This document shows positions 11,626 to 21,256 of a stretch of 57,793 nucleotides of DNA, one piece after another. The notes under the pieces are model-generated. The model worked only from the letters and a program-made list of their open reading frames with translations, was not told the origin of the DNA and made no database searches. The translations under genes were made by a program, and so were the position numbers. Source of the stretch: Bacteroidota bacterium (GTDB taxonomy: Bacteria; Bacteroidota; Ignavibacteria; SZUA-365). Where the stretch lies: positions 1 through 57,793 of the forward strand of contig JAEYUG010000041.1 in the NCBI GenBank assembly GCA_023432805.1, in the 5' to 3' direction. Numbering within the stretch: the stretch's first letter is position 1; each line of letters opens with the position of its first letter.

Positions 11626-14484
11626 TCACCGCACGTGGTGGAGTTGCGTCGTGCACGTGCCCGACGCCGTGACGAGGCTGACCGTGTACGAACCGGACGG
11701 CCAGGCGTTCATGTCGATGCGCAGCGTGTGCGTGCCCCGGGCGAGGTGCCCGAGATCCTCCGCATGCACACTGCGCGCCAGCATGTCATGCACGCGAACC
11801 GTCACCGCACCCTCTTCCGGGAGAGTCATGTGCAGCGTGGCATCCCCGCGCGCGGGATACGGGGCGATCGTGAGACGGAGCGCGGGAACGTTCATGCGCA
11901 CAAGCACTCCCTGCGAGGCCGTGCGGCTGCCATCCATGTCCACCTGCATCAGTCGGTAGATCCACGCAGTGTGATCCTGTGGCGGGGTGTCGATGTGGGT
12001 GTAGGATTCCGCTGAGGTGGTCGTTCCCCTGCCCGGCACGAATCCGACGGATTGCCACGGGAGCGCGTCGTTCGACGCAGATGCATCCGCGCGGAGTTCC
12101 TCCTCCTCGGTGCGCGTTGCAGGACGTCGCTGGATGTCGAATCCCGCATTGCCGGTTTCATGCTCTGTTGTCCATTCCAGATGTACGTCGCGATTCCGAG
12201 CGGAAGCGGTGAAGCGCGCGAGCGTGACGGGGATGAAATTGTCCCAGAACAGATGCACACCGTTGCCGAAGGTCGTGATCCAGGTTTCCCTGTAATCATG
12301 CGGATTGGGGAAGAACCGCAGTGGATGCCGAAACGGGAATGGCGTTCGCATGAAGATCGGGTTCGCCGTTAGGCAATCCGTGGTGTACAGGATCCCCTCG
12401 CGCTCGGTGGCGACATGCATTTCACCGGGCAGGAAATTCCAGTAGATGCACGATTCGACACCCGAGGTCGTGAGAATCCGGCTCCAGCTCACGCCGCGGT
12501 TCGAGCTGCGATACAAGCCGCCGAGTCCGTTGGCACCGCCGCCCCAGCCGCTGAACACGCCGGCAAACCAGACATCCTCAGACGGGAAGCCGGGGACGTA
12601 GAGATCCTTCGTCCAGTACTGCATGCCAGGCGCACTCCGGTCGCTCCATGTCTGGCCGTGATCGGTGCTGAGAAAGACGCCGGAACTCGCCGTGAAGGCG
12701 AGCGGAGACCCGGCACGCCGACCGGAGTAGGTGCAGACGACTGATCCATCGGAAAGCACCTGCACCGTCCAGGGATGCCCCTGCGTGCGGGGGGGAGACG
12801 GAAGCCTGGTCCAAGTGGCAGCGGGACCGTTCTGCAGATCAGCGGTTCTGTAGATCCCGCCCAGCGTCGAATGCACGACCGCCGCGTACATGCGATTCGG
12901 GTTGGTCGGATCGATCGCCGTGCACGTGACGGGGTGGCCGAAGTCGTGCAGCAGCGTCCATGTAAACATGGTGCCGGTCGAACTAAGCACACGTCCCGAC
13001 GCGCCGTCGATCATCGCATCGGTCAGATGCGTGCTCTGGTAGAGATCATGCACCGTCGACGACGACGCATAGAAGGTGCCGGTCAGCGGGTGTTGGGAGA
13101 CATGGTAGATCGTATTCTGCGTGAGTCCCGCAGCCGTGAATCCCCAGACGCGGCCATAATCCGAGCTCCGCATCCCCCGTGTGTCGCTCGTGCCGACGAA
13201 GCTCGTGGAATCATTCGCCCAGGCGATGCACCACGCGCTCACATTCTCAAGACCGTTGCCCAGATAGTACCGTCCCTGTGGTGTCGGCGAGCCGGAGGAA
13301 TTCTGCGCATTCGGATGGACGTAGGCCTGCTTCCAGAGCGCACCGCCGTTCGTAGTGACATGCACGAAGCCGAGGTCGGTGATGGCCACCCGCTGCACGT
13401 CACCTGGTGCGACGGCGAGACCGAGTACATACTCCCCGTAGCTCCATCCGCGATCTCCTCCGTCACCACTCCATCCCGTCGTGATGTTCTGATTGTTCGC
13501 GGTGATGAAGACTGGTGTCCAGAGCGCCCCCCCATCGGTCGTGCGCAGCACCGTGGGCGTTCCTGCACTGCTTCCGCCCGCGAGATACGCGACCGACGGT
13601 GTGGCGCGTGCGGTTGCGACGAAAAAAGGATGCACACCCGACGGGATCCCATTCATGCGTGGGACCCAGCTGCCCTGCCCGTATTCGAAGGTGTACACGC
13701 TGCGATACCCGTCATGCTCGGCTCCGGTGACACCGGCATACACATCGGCACGATTCAGCGTCACGCAGTAGAGGCGCAGCACGCTGCCTTGGCGTGCACC
13801 GCAGAACGAGACGATCGCCTCGTTCTGGGGGATGCCTGTCAGGGGCAGCACCGTGAAGCTGCTGCCTCCGTTCGTTGAGGCGAGCACTCCGGCATTCGTG
13901 CCGACAAGAATCACCGACGAGTCGAAAAACACCCCCGCAACATGACACCCGGCACCGCCGACATTGCTCGTGAAGACACTCGAAAATGTCGCTCCCCCGT
14001 CACGCGATACGTAGAGGGTTGTGTAGTCGGCGACGAGCAGACGCGAAGTATCGAGGGGATCCGAAAACAGCGTAAAGGCTCCACCCGATGTGGGATCCGT
14101 TGCGAGCGGCTGCCAGGTCGTTCCGGCATCCGTCGACTTCGACGGAATCGCCACGCCATCGTCGTCGTCAAGCACGTAGCGTATTGCAGGATTGGCGGTG
14201 AACTGCACGAGTCCATGGCGCGCACTCCCCTGCAACGTGCGCCAGTCGATCAGATTCCATGACGCACCCATGTTCGTCGTCCGATAGACGCCGCTCATGT
14301 CGGAGGTCACATGCAACTCGGATGGATTATAGGGACTGAAGGATGGAAGGAAGAAGGCACCTCCCCCGCCAGGACCGTACGGACCCGAAAAACCATATGG
14401 CGCCGACCATCGCTGACCTGCAGCGGGTGAAGGAAGCAACACGATGACGAGCGCGCAGAGCGCTGTCACAAATGCGTGACGCAT
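11626..14484 (-). CDS. BNR/Asp-box repeat (sialidase/Ycf48-like beta-propeller) secreted protein with T9SS C-terminal domain
   Basis: Signal peptide MRHAFVTALCALVIVLLPSPAAGQ. Multiple S-x-D-x-G-x-T-W-like BNR motifs (TTNMGASW, STDAGTTW, SRDGGATF, TDGGALW, TNGGALW, STDHGQTW, SNRGVSW). C-terminal ~90 aa resemble a T9SS CTD (...VTVRVHDMLARSV...GSYTVSLVTASG...). Confidence 0.6.
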   Translation of the reverse strand: MRHAFVTALCALVIVLLPSPAAGQRWSAPYGFSGPYGPGGGGAFFLPSFSPYNPSELHVTSDMSGVYRTTNMGASWNLIDWRTLQGSARHGLVQFTANPAIRYVLDDDDGVAIPSKSTDAGTTWQPLATDPTSGGAFTLFSDPLDTSRLLVADYTTLYVSRDGGATFSSVFTSNVGGAGCHVAGVFFDSSVILVGTNAGVLASTNGGSSFTVLPLTGIPQNEAIVSFCGARQGSVLRLYCVTLNRADVYAGVTGAEHDGYRSVYTFEYGQGSWVPRMNGIPSGVHPFFVATARATPSVAYLAGGSSAGTPTVLRTTDGGALWTPVFITANNQNITTGWSGDGGDRGWSYGEYVLGLAVAPGDVQRVAITDLGFVHVTTNGGALWKQAYVHPNAQNSSGSPTPQGRYYLGNGLENVSAWCIAWANDSTSFVGTSDTRGMRSSDYGRVWGFTAAGLTQNTIYHVSQHPLTGTFYASSSTVHDLYQSTHLTDAMIDGASGRVLSSTGTMFTWTLLHDFGHPVTCTAIDPTNPNRMYAAVVHSTLGGIYRTADLQNGPAATWTRLPSPPRTQGHPWTVQVLSDGSVVCTYSGRRAGSPLAFTASSGVFLSTDHGQTWSDRSAPGMQYWTKDLYVPGFPSEDVWFAGVFSGWGGGANGLGGLYRSSNRGVSWSRILTTSGVESCIYWNFLPGEMHVATEREGILYTTDCLTANPIFMRTPFPFRHPLRFFPNPHDYRETWITTFGNGVHLFWDNFIPVTLARFTASARNRDVHLEWTTEHETGNAGFDIQRRPATRTEEEELRADASASNDALPWQSVGFVPGRGTTTSAESYTHIDTPPQDHTAWIYRLMQVDMDGSRTASQGVLVRMNVPALRLTIAPYPARGDATLHMTLPEEGAVTVRVHDMLARSVHAEDLGHLARGTHTLRIDMNAWPSGSYTVSLVTASGTCTTQLHHVR

Positions 14485-14597
14485 GATTCCACCTCATGAG
14501 GACTGAGGGTTGGAACTTACGTCCACCTGAACAGGAAGTCAATCATGGCACTGCGCCACCTCATGGTACAGACGCCGGCTTCCATCAGCGGAGCCGT

Positions 14598-15323
14598 TCA
14601 GCGCACGCGGTGCACGTCTCCCGAACCGCTGACACTTGCGCGCACATCGCGTACGGGACCTTTGTAGCCGACGTCGCCCGCGCCCGAGATCGACACATCG
14701 AGCAGTTCCGACACGTCGAGGCGGCAGTCGCCGGAACCCGAGATCGTAACGCGCGCTCGCGCGACAGCCAGATCGGATGCGGTGATGTCTCCGGCACCGG
14801 AGATCGTCACATCGAAATCGCGTGCACTGCCACGCAGCACGATGTCGCCGGAACCTGAAATACGTGTGCGCAGATTCGTTGATGCGAGCCAGAGCCGTAC
14901 GTCGCCCGAACCGGAAATCGACAGATCGAAGGTCGGTGCGTCGATTTTGTCGGGACCCGAGACATCGCCTGACCCGTTGATGTGGATTCCCGCCAGCTCG
15001 GGCGCCGCCACGTGCACGACCACAGGACGTGTACTCTCGATGCACTTGCGCGTGTCGATCACGAGCTCCCCATTCTCGACCGCCGTACGGATCAGCGGCA
15101 GCAGGTTGTCTTCGGCCTCGACCACGACGGATTGCGCAGCAGCCTGCCGCAGCACCACATCAGTCCCTCCCTTGATCACCACGCGCTGAAATGTCGACAC
15201 CGAACGGACATCGCGGGCGACTGTGCCGGACCCCTGCACACAATCGACAAACACATGCACACACCCCGATGCGATGAAGGCACAAACGAGGGCGAGTGGA
15301 ACAATGGTGACAAGTCGTTTCAT
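14598..15323 (-). CDS. DUF2807-family (GIN-domain, putative adhesin head) lipoprotein
   Basis: Start at MKRLVTIVPLALVCAFIASGC (lipoprotein-like signal plus Cys). Repeated ...SGSGDV/ISGSGD/ISGAGD motifs every ~20 aa are characteristic of the DUF2807 beta-helix. Confidence 0.55.
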   Translation of the reverse strand: MKRLVTIVPLALVCAFIASGCVHVFVDCVQGSGTVARDVRSVSTFQRVVIKGGTDVVLRQAAAQSVVVEAEDNLLPLIRTAVENGELVIDTRKCIESTRPVVVHVAAPELAGIHINGSGDVSGPDKIDAPTFDLSISGSGDVRLWLASTNLRTRISGSGDIVLRGSARDFDVTISGAGDITASDLAVARARVTISGSGDCRLDVSELLDVSISGAGDVGYKGPVRDVRASVSGSGDVHRVR

Positions 15324-15519
15324 GGCGAGGTCTCCTCTGCGAAACACGGTGGCCGGGTGAAAGCCGTATGCCTGTATGTACTACCGGATTCGCCGGGAGT
15401 TTCAATCATGCACACAATAAACTAATTTCCCGGGTCGCTGTCCAACGTATCTCCTTGCGCATTCGAATTGTCTGTATCGAAGGCGATTCTCTTTCCCCCC
15501 TTCACGGAGTATTCCGATC

Positions 15520-17160
15520 ATGAATGTCGACAACCATGGTCACAGCCCCACCGGCGCACGCCGTGCGACCACAGGTCTCGAACCCTATGCGGGTCCATGG
15601 ACCCTCCGACAGGCAGAACACCTGCTGCGCAGGGGAACGTTCGGCGCGACAAGGGACGACATCGCGGCCTTCGCAGCCCTGACGCCGTCAGCCGCCGTAC
15701 GGAAGCTGTTCGAGCCGCAGACACCACCACCTGACCCGTACGGATACGGACTCTCCGATCCATCGAATCCACAAAGCGCGCGACGCATCTATGCGTGGAG
15801 CGAGTACGCACCCGCGATAGACAACTACTTCCGAACAGGACTCCGCACGTGGTGGCTGGGACTCATGCTCGCGGGGCGTACCAGTCTGCTCGAGAAGATG
15901 ACCTTCTTCTGGCACAACCACTTTGTCTCGGAGTTCAGCACGGTGCTGAATACGAAGTACATGCACATGCAGAACATGACGTTCCGCACCCATGCATTCG
16001 GAAACTTCCGTACCCTCGTCCGCGCGCTGACGGTCGATCCGGCAATGCTCGTGTATCTGAACGGCAACTCGAACCGCAAGGGGAGTCCCAACGAAAACTA
16101 TGCGCGCGAACTGCAGGAGCTCTTCACCATCGGCAAGGGAAAGGAGATCGCTGCGGGCAACTACACACACTACACCGAGGACGATGTGCGCGAGGCGGCA
16201 CGCGTGCTCACCGGCTGGCGGGACAACCGCACCACATACAGCTCGTACTTTGACAGCACACGACACGATTCCGGCAACAAGACTTTCAGCGCCGCCTATC
16301 AGAACACGGTGATCACCGGACGCACGGGCAATGATGGGGCGAACGAACTCAACGAGTTGATCGACATGATCCTTCGTCAACCTGAGACCGCGCGCGCGAT
16401 CTGCCGCAAGTTGTATCGCTGGTTCGTGTACTATGAAATCGACGCCACGGTCGAGCAGACGATCATCGAGCCGCTGGCCGCACAGCTTCGCACCGGCAAC
16501 TACGAAATTCAACCCGTGCTCGAGACACTGCTGTCGAGTGCGCATTTCCATGCAGACGACACCGTCGGGGCAATCATCAGCAGTCCGGTCAATTTCCTCA
16601 CGCAGACCCTCGTCCGCACGCGCTTCGCACTGCCCGAACCCGGCACGAGTGATGCTTCGAAACTGACGGCACTCAATGCGCGATCGCAGATCACCACGAC
16701 GATGGCCGCACTGCAGATGGATGTGTTCGACGCGCCGAGCGTGGCGGGCTGGCCCGCGTATCATCAAAGTCCCCAATTCCACGAACTGTGGATCAATACG
16801 GTGACACTTCCACTGCGGGGTGCCGCCACCGACCTGCTGGTTGACGGAAAGACGAAGTCGAGCATCGTGATCGACTGCATCGCCTTCGCACGGGAGAGCG
16901 CGGCAGATCCTTCCGATCCCCGCATCCTCATCGACGATCTGGCACGCGCGCTCTTCGCGATCGACATCACCACGAAGCAGCGGGAGTTCCTGCTCGAGAA
17001 CGTGTTGCTGGGTCCGGGACTACCTGACTACGAATGGACCGTCGAGTGGCTCGATCACGTCAACGATCCCACCAACGCGCTGAAGAAGGAGGCCGTCAAC
17101 GGCAAACTGAAGACCCTCCTGAAGTTCATGCTGCGCATGGCCGAATATCACTTGTCCTGA
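15520..17160 (+). CDS. DUF1800 family protein
   Basis: 546 aa. The hallmark FWHNHF motif and the overall size/pattern match DUF1800. It sits immediately upstream of a DUF1501 gene, which is the canonical pair. Confidence 0.7.
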   Translation: MNVDNHGHSPTGARRATTGLEPYAGPWTLRQAEHLLRRGTFGATRDDIAAFAALTPSAAVRKLFEPQTPPPDPYGYGLSDPSNPQSARRIYAWSEYAPAIDNYFRTGLRTWWLGLMLAGRTSLLEKMTFFWHNHFVSEFSTVLNTKYMHMQNMTFRTHAFGNFRTLVRALTVDPAMLVYLNGNSNRKGSPNENYARELQELFTIGKGKEIAAGNYTHYTEDDVREAARVLTGWRDNRTTYSSYFDSTRHDSGNKTFSAAYQNTVITGRTGNDGANELNELIDMILRQPETARAICRKLYRWFVYYEIDATVEQTIIEPLAAQLRTGNYEIQPVLETLLSSAHFHADDTVGAIISSPVNFLTQTLVRTRFALPEPGTSDASKLTALNARSQITTTMAALQMDVFDAPSVAGWPAYHQSPQFHELWINTVTLPLRGAATDLLVDGKTKSSIVIDCIAFARESAADPSDPRILIDDLARALFAIDITTKQREFLLENVLLGPGLPDYEWTVEWLDHVNDPTNALKKEAVNGKLKTLLKFMLRMAEYHLS

Positions 17161-17179
17161 ACGCGCACGGAGCAATCGC

Positions 17180-18769
17180 ATGAAACGCAGAGCCTTCCTC
17201 TCCCGCCTCGCGCCTGCGCTTGGCACACCCTTCGTCCTCGGGGGCATCAGCATGCGCGCCTACGCCCGGTCGCCGAGACTCGATGCGCTGACCGCCGCAC
17301 TGTCGGCAACCGATCGCGTGCTCGTGCTCGTGCAGTTGTCGGGTGGCAATGACGGACTGAACATGGTGGTGCCGATCGACCAGTACGCGGCCTATCAGGC
17401 CGCACGTGCAAACATCGCATTGCCCGAGCAATCTCTGCTGCCCCTGCGCACCGGTCTCGGCCTCCACCCGATCATGACCGACCTGCACGCGCTGCATGGC
17501 GAGGGCAGGCTCGTCACGATCCAGAACGTCTCGTATCCAAATCCCAACCAGTCGCATTTCCGGGCGACCGACATCTGGATGTCGGGATCCGCGTTCAACG
17601 AGTACCTGTCGTCGGGATGGATCGGACGTGCGCTCGACGTCAGCTTCCCCGGGTACCCCGACGGCTACCCCAATGCGGCAATGCCCGATCCGCCGGCCAT
17701 CCAGATCGGGGCCGTGCTTTCCCTGCTCATGCAGGGTCCCGCCGAGCTCATGGGCATCGCCATCCAGGATCCCCAGACTTTCTATGATCTGGTCAACGGC
17801 AAGTTCGGCGGGGGCGACGATACGCCGCCGAACACGCCGGCGGGACGCGAGCTCACCTACATCCGTCAGGTACAGGCCGAGTCGCAGGCCTATTCGACCG
17901 TGATCAAGCAGGCGGCTGATGCGGCGCGCAATCTGGCGACGTATCCCACACCGGACACGAACGACCGGGCACCGCTCAGCGAGCAGCTCAAGATCGTGGC
18001 GCGCCTCATTGCCGGCGGACTCAAGACGCGCGTGTACATCGTGAATCTGGGGGGATTCGACACGCACGACAATCAGGTGGACGCGAGCGACACGAAGGTC
18101 GGTTCGCACGCCACCCTGCTGCGGAGGCTGTCGCAGTCCATCGCCGCCTTTCAGCGGGATCTCGCGCTGCTTGGCATCGAAGACCGCGTGGTCGGCATGA
18201 CCTTCTCCGAATTCGGACGGCGCGTCACCTCGAACAGCGGTCGCGGTACCGATCACGGCACGGCGGCGCCGATGTTCGTCTTCGGGTCGATGGTGCAATC
18301 AGGCGTGCTCGGTGCGAATCCCGACCTGTCGAATCTCGACCGGAACAACCTCCGCATGGAGTTCGACTACCGGCAGATCTATGCGTCGCTCCACCGGCAA
18401 TGGTTCGGGTTCGGCACGGGCGACAGCACGGCAGTGCTCGGGGGCAGCTTCACCGAGCTTCCGATCATCCGTGGGAGCGCAACCGGCGTGGAGGCGTCCA
18501 CAGCCGACGGATTCTCGCTCGCGCAGAATCACCCGAATCCCTTCACGCACGAAACGACCATCCAATGGAGTCAGACCGCGGAGGCCGACGTGCATCTGGC
18601 AGTCTACGACACGCGCGGACGCGAGGTCGCCACGATCGTGCAGGCGCGGCGTGGTGCAGGCACGCACACGGCGCAGCTGGCTTCCGCAGGACTGCCCGCG
18701 GGCACGTACATCCTTCGCCTGCGAGCCGGCCGTGCCCAGGCGGTGCGCATGATGACGCGCGTACACTGA
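17180..18769 (+). CDS. DUF1501 family (sulfatase/alkaline-phosphatase-like) protein with N-terminal Tat signal and C-terminal T9SS sorting domain
   Basis: N-terminus MKRRAFLSRLAPALGTPFVLGGISMRAYA carries the twin-arginine RRxFL motif. ...GGFDTHDNQ... and ...GRGTDHG... are typical DUF1501 motifs. The last ~85 aa (LAQNHPNPFTHETTIQW...VHLAVYDTRGREVATIV...GTYILRLRAG) match the T9SS type-A CTD. Confidence 0.7.
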   Translation: MKRRAFLSRLAPALGTPFVLGGISMRAYARSPRLDALTAALSATDRVLVLVQLSGGNDGLNMVVPIDQYAAYQAARANIALPEQSLLPLRTGLGLHPIMTDLHALHGEGRLVTIQNVSYPNPNQSHFRATDIWMSGSAFNEYLSSGWIGRALDVSFPGYPDGYPNAAMPDPPAIQIGAVLSLLMQGPAELMGIAIQDPQTFYDLVNGKFGGGDDTPPNTPAGRELTYIRQVQAESQAYSTVIKQAADAARNLATYPTPDTNDRAPLSEQLKIVARLIAGGLKTRVYIVNLGGFDTHDNQVDASDTKVGSHATLLRRLSQSIAAFQRDLALLGIEDRVVGMTFSEFGRRVTSNSGRGTDHGTAAPMFVFGSMVQSGVLGANPDLSNLDRNNLRMEFDYRQIYASLHRQWFGFGTGDSTAVLGGSFTELPIIRGSATGVEASTADGFSLAQNHPNPFTHETTIQWSQTAEADVHLAVYDTRGREVATIVQARRGAGTHTAQLASAGLPAGTYILRLRAGRAQAVRMMTRVH

Positions 18770-18790
18770 CCTCCCTCCCCCAGGCATGAG

Positions 18791-18830
18791 AACGCCGCCT
18801 CTCCCTCGGGGGAAGGGCGGCGTTGCTCAT
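18791..18830. terminator. Hairpin terminator between convergent DUF1501 and flotillin genes
   Basis: AACGCCGCC...GGCGGCGTT inverted repeat enclosing a second small stem (CCCTCGGGGGAAGGG). The flanking T-run is weak. Confidence 0.4.
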
Positions 18831-18891
18831 TGATGGGGGATGGGAATCCGCGCAGCATCCGACGGCGGCGCGGCGCGGATGTCCGCCGCAG

Positions 18892-20247
18892 CTACTCCCG
18901 TACCGGCTGCACCTCCTGCGACGCTTCCTCGCGCTGGAAGCCGCCGAGGATGTCGACTCCCATGGCATTGCTGATCATCTCGGCCATGCTGATGACTGCC
19001 GAAGGAAGCTGCGTGACGGCGCGGGCAGCACCGGACGAGCCATCGCCACCTCCGTCGATGATGCTGAGCTTGTCGATCTGCACATTCGAGACCGTTTCGC
19101 TCAGGTGTGCGATGATGTCGGGCAGCATGTTCATGAGGAAGATCCTCTCGCCTTGTCCTTCGGCGGTCTTCCATGTCTCGATCATGCGTGTGAGCACGGC
19201 GATGTTCGCGTTGCCGTTTTCGAGAATGGAGGATGCATCACCGCGGGCCTCGAGCTCCATCGCCTCGCGCTTGGCGCGGGCGGGTTCGATCACATCGGCC
19301 ATGAGGCGCTTCTGCTGAAGGATGATGCGCTCTTCCTCCATGTGCTGCTCGTACTGCACGCGGGCGATTTCGCCGGCGACCTCGGCTTCCTTCTCCTTGA
19401 TGATGGCCGCCTTCTCGAGTTCGGCTTTCTTGATGCGGAGATTCGTGTTTTCGGTCTCGACGTCCTGCTGGGCCTTGGCCTGCGTGACCTGCACAGAACG
19501 GTCTCTGCCGATGCGGGCAGATTGGATCTCCTGCTCGGAGCGGGCCTTGGCGACTTCGGCACGCTGCTTGGAGGTCGCTTCGGATTCCTCTGCTTCTGCG
19601 GCGCGCAGGGCTTCCGCCATGCGGGCGGCGGCGAGCACCTCGGCGGTTTTCTTGCGGCCGATCGAATCCAGATATCCTGCATCATCCGACACATTCAGGA
19701 TCTTGAGCGTGTCGAGCTGGAGTCCGAGCTGCTTGAGATCCATGTCCGCCTCTTCGATGAGGCTCTGCGCAAACTTGAGGCGATCCTCATTCACCTCTTC
19801 GGGGGTCAGCGTGGCGAGGACGCCGCGCAGGTTGCCTTCGAGAGTGACTTTTGCGATTTCGTGGATTTCTGCCTGGGACTTGGCAAGGAAGCGTTCGACC
19901 GCGTTGCCGAAGGTGGGCTCGATCGAGTCGATCTTCACGTTCGCGATGGCTTCGACCTTGAGGGGGATGCCGCCTTTCGAGTAGGCGTTCTGCACCATGA
20001 GCTCGAGAGGGATCGTCTCGAGCGACATGCGCGCGGCACGCTCGATCAAAGGCACGCGGATGGCACGACCCCCGCGAATGATGCGGTAGCCGACCACATT
20101 GCCGTCACTGAGCGTGCGCTTGCGTCCGGAGAGGATGATGACCTCGTTGGGGTGACAGATCAGCAAGAGGCGGCTGATGGTGATCATGATCACCACGATG
20201 GCGAAGAGCGCGATGAACACGATTGAGGCAATGAAGCTTTCGATCAT
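18892..20247 (-). CDS. Flotillin-like SPFH/band-7 domain protein (YqiK/FloA-like)
   Basis: N-terminal transmembrane helix MIESFIASIVFIALFAIVVIMITI, an SPFH core, then a long Ala/Glu-rich coiled-coil (...AEALRAAEAEESEATSKQRAEVAKARSEQEIQSA...). 451 aa. Confidence 0.8.
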   Translation of the reverse strand: MIESFIASIVFIALFAIVVIMITISRLLLICHPNEVIILSGRKRTLSDGNVVGYRIIRGGRAIRVPLIERAARMSLETIPLELMVQNAYSKGGIPLKVEAIANVKIDSIEPTFGNAVERFLAKSQAEIHEIAKVTLEGNLRGVLATLTPEEVNEDRLKFAQSLIEEADMDLKQLGLQLDTLKILNVSDDAGYLDSIGRKKTAEVLAAARMAEALRAAEAEESEATSKQRAEVAKARSEQEIQSARIGRDRSVQVTQAKAQQDVETENTNLRIKKAELEKAAIIKEKEAEVAGEIARVQYEQHMEEERIILQQKRLMADVIEPARAKREAMELEARGDASSILENGNANIAVLTRMIETWKTAEGQGERIFLMNMLPDIIAHLSETVSNVQIDKLSIIDGGGDGSSGAARAVTQLPSAVISMAEMISNAMGVDILGGFQREEASQEVQPVRE

Positions 20248-20256
20248 GAAATCCTC

Positions 20257-21027
20257 CTATGTGAGCTGAGTTGGTGGATGGTCTTCGAGCAGGCGTCCAT
20301 CAATCACATACGCCACGCCGCCCTCGACGCGGGAGACGATGACGGTGTCGCCGGGTTTGAAATGCGCTCTGCGTTCCTCTGCCGCGACCTGGGCGAGTAG
20401 GACGAGCGTCTGCGTGCCGCTGCGCACGGAAATCTTGCCGGGCTGCGTGCGACCGCAGCCTATGGAGACTGTCGCCGTTGATCCCCGGAGATCATTGAGA
20501 TTCACCGACTGCCCCGTTTCGCTGCCCTTCAGGTAGCGCATGAGACGGTAGCCCACCTGCGAGGCGAAGATTCCCATTCCTGCAGCGGAAATCGCGGTAA
20601 TGAAGGAAGGAATCTCCAGCGTGGTCAGCACCGTGCCTGTCAGCCCGAAGAACGCCATGAAGAAGACGAAGTTGCGGAAGCTGAGGAAACGCACGGCATC
20701 GGCGGTGCTTGTGGCATGTGAATTGCTGCTGTCAGGAGAATGCGTTACGTCATGCCCCGTCGTGACCGCGTGTACGTCCGTTCCATCATGCATCGGCAGC
20801 GCGTCGTGCGCCAGATCCGCATCATGCGCCAGCTCGCCCTGCGTGTCGACATCGGCATGCGCACCGAGATCATGACCGGCGTCGGCGTGGGCACCGAGAT
20901 CATGACCGGCGTCGGCGTGGGCACCGATTTCGTGATCGGCACCGTCTCCGCCTGCCATCATTGCCATCACGAGCAGGACACCGCCAAAAGCCAGGCAGGC
21001 AATGTAGATCATCAACATGCGCACCAC
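20257..21027 (-). CDS. NfeD-like membrane protein (C-terminal OB-fold) with an inserted His/Asp-rich repeat region
   Basis: TM1 (MVRMLMIYIACLAFGGVLLVMAMMAGG), His-rich loop (GAHADAGHDLGAHADAGHDLGAHADVD...HDADLAHDALPMHDGTDVHAVTTGHDVTH), two or more further TM helices, and a C-terminal beta-rich OB-like domain. It lies 10 bp downstream of the flotillin gene, which is the classical SPFH-NfeD operon. Confidence 0.65.
   Translation of the reverse strand: MVRMLMIYIACLAFGGVLLVMAMMAGGDGADHEIGAHADAGHDLGAHADAGHDLGAHADVDTQGELAHDADLAHDALPMHDGTDVHAVTTGHDVTHSPDSSNSHATSTADAVRFLSFRNFVFFMAFFGLTGTVLTTLEIPSFITAISAAGMGIFASQVGYRLMRYLKGSETGQSVNLNDLRGSTATVSIGCGRTQPGKISVRSGTQTLVLLAQVAAEERRAHFKPGDTVIVSRVEGGVAYVIDGRLLEDHPPTQLT
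20848..20940. repeat. 30-bp tandem repeat (GCACCGAGATCATGACCGGCGTCGGCGTGG x2 plus degenerate flanking copies) inside nfeD
   Basis: Identical 30-bp units at 20861-20890 and 20891-20920, with partial copies on both sides. They encode the GAHADAGHDL decapeptide repeats on the minus strand. Confidence 0.7.
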
Positions 21028-21256
21028 CCCCGGAACATGGACAAGACGTTGAATTGTGGAAGTGCCGCAAGGTACACATCACCACAGAAAAATGACAGGC
21101 ACGGCACGCCGATCTTCCAGAAAAAGATTGGTATGTCTGAATTTTTCGTGCTGAAATATTTTCACAGTTCGTGCAGTTTTTTACTGCTTTTGTTTCATGA
21201 ATCACTTAAGTTAAGTGCCGGAGTCCATTCAAATATCAATGGTTCGAGGTTGTCCT
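21028..21256 (+). promoter_or_regulatory. AT-rich ~230-bp divergent promoter region upstream of the giant T9SS-cargo gene and nfeD
   Basis: Locally low GC (e.g. tgaatttttcgtgctgaaatattttcacagttcgtgcagttttttactgcttttgtttcatgaatcacttaagttaag) in an otherwise ~64% GC window. No specific -35/-10 boxes are asserted. Confidence 0.3.
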
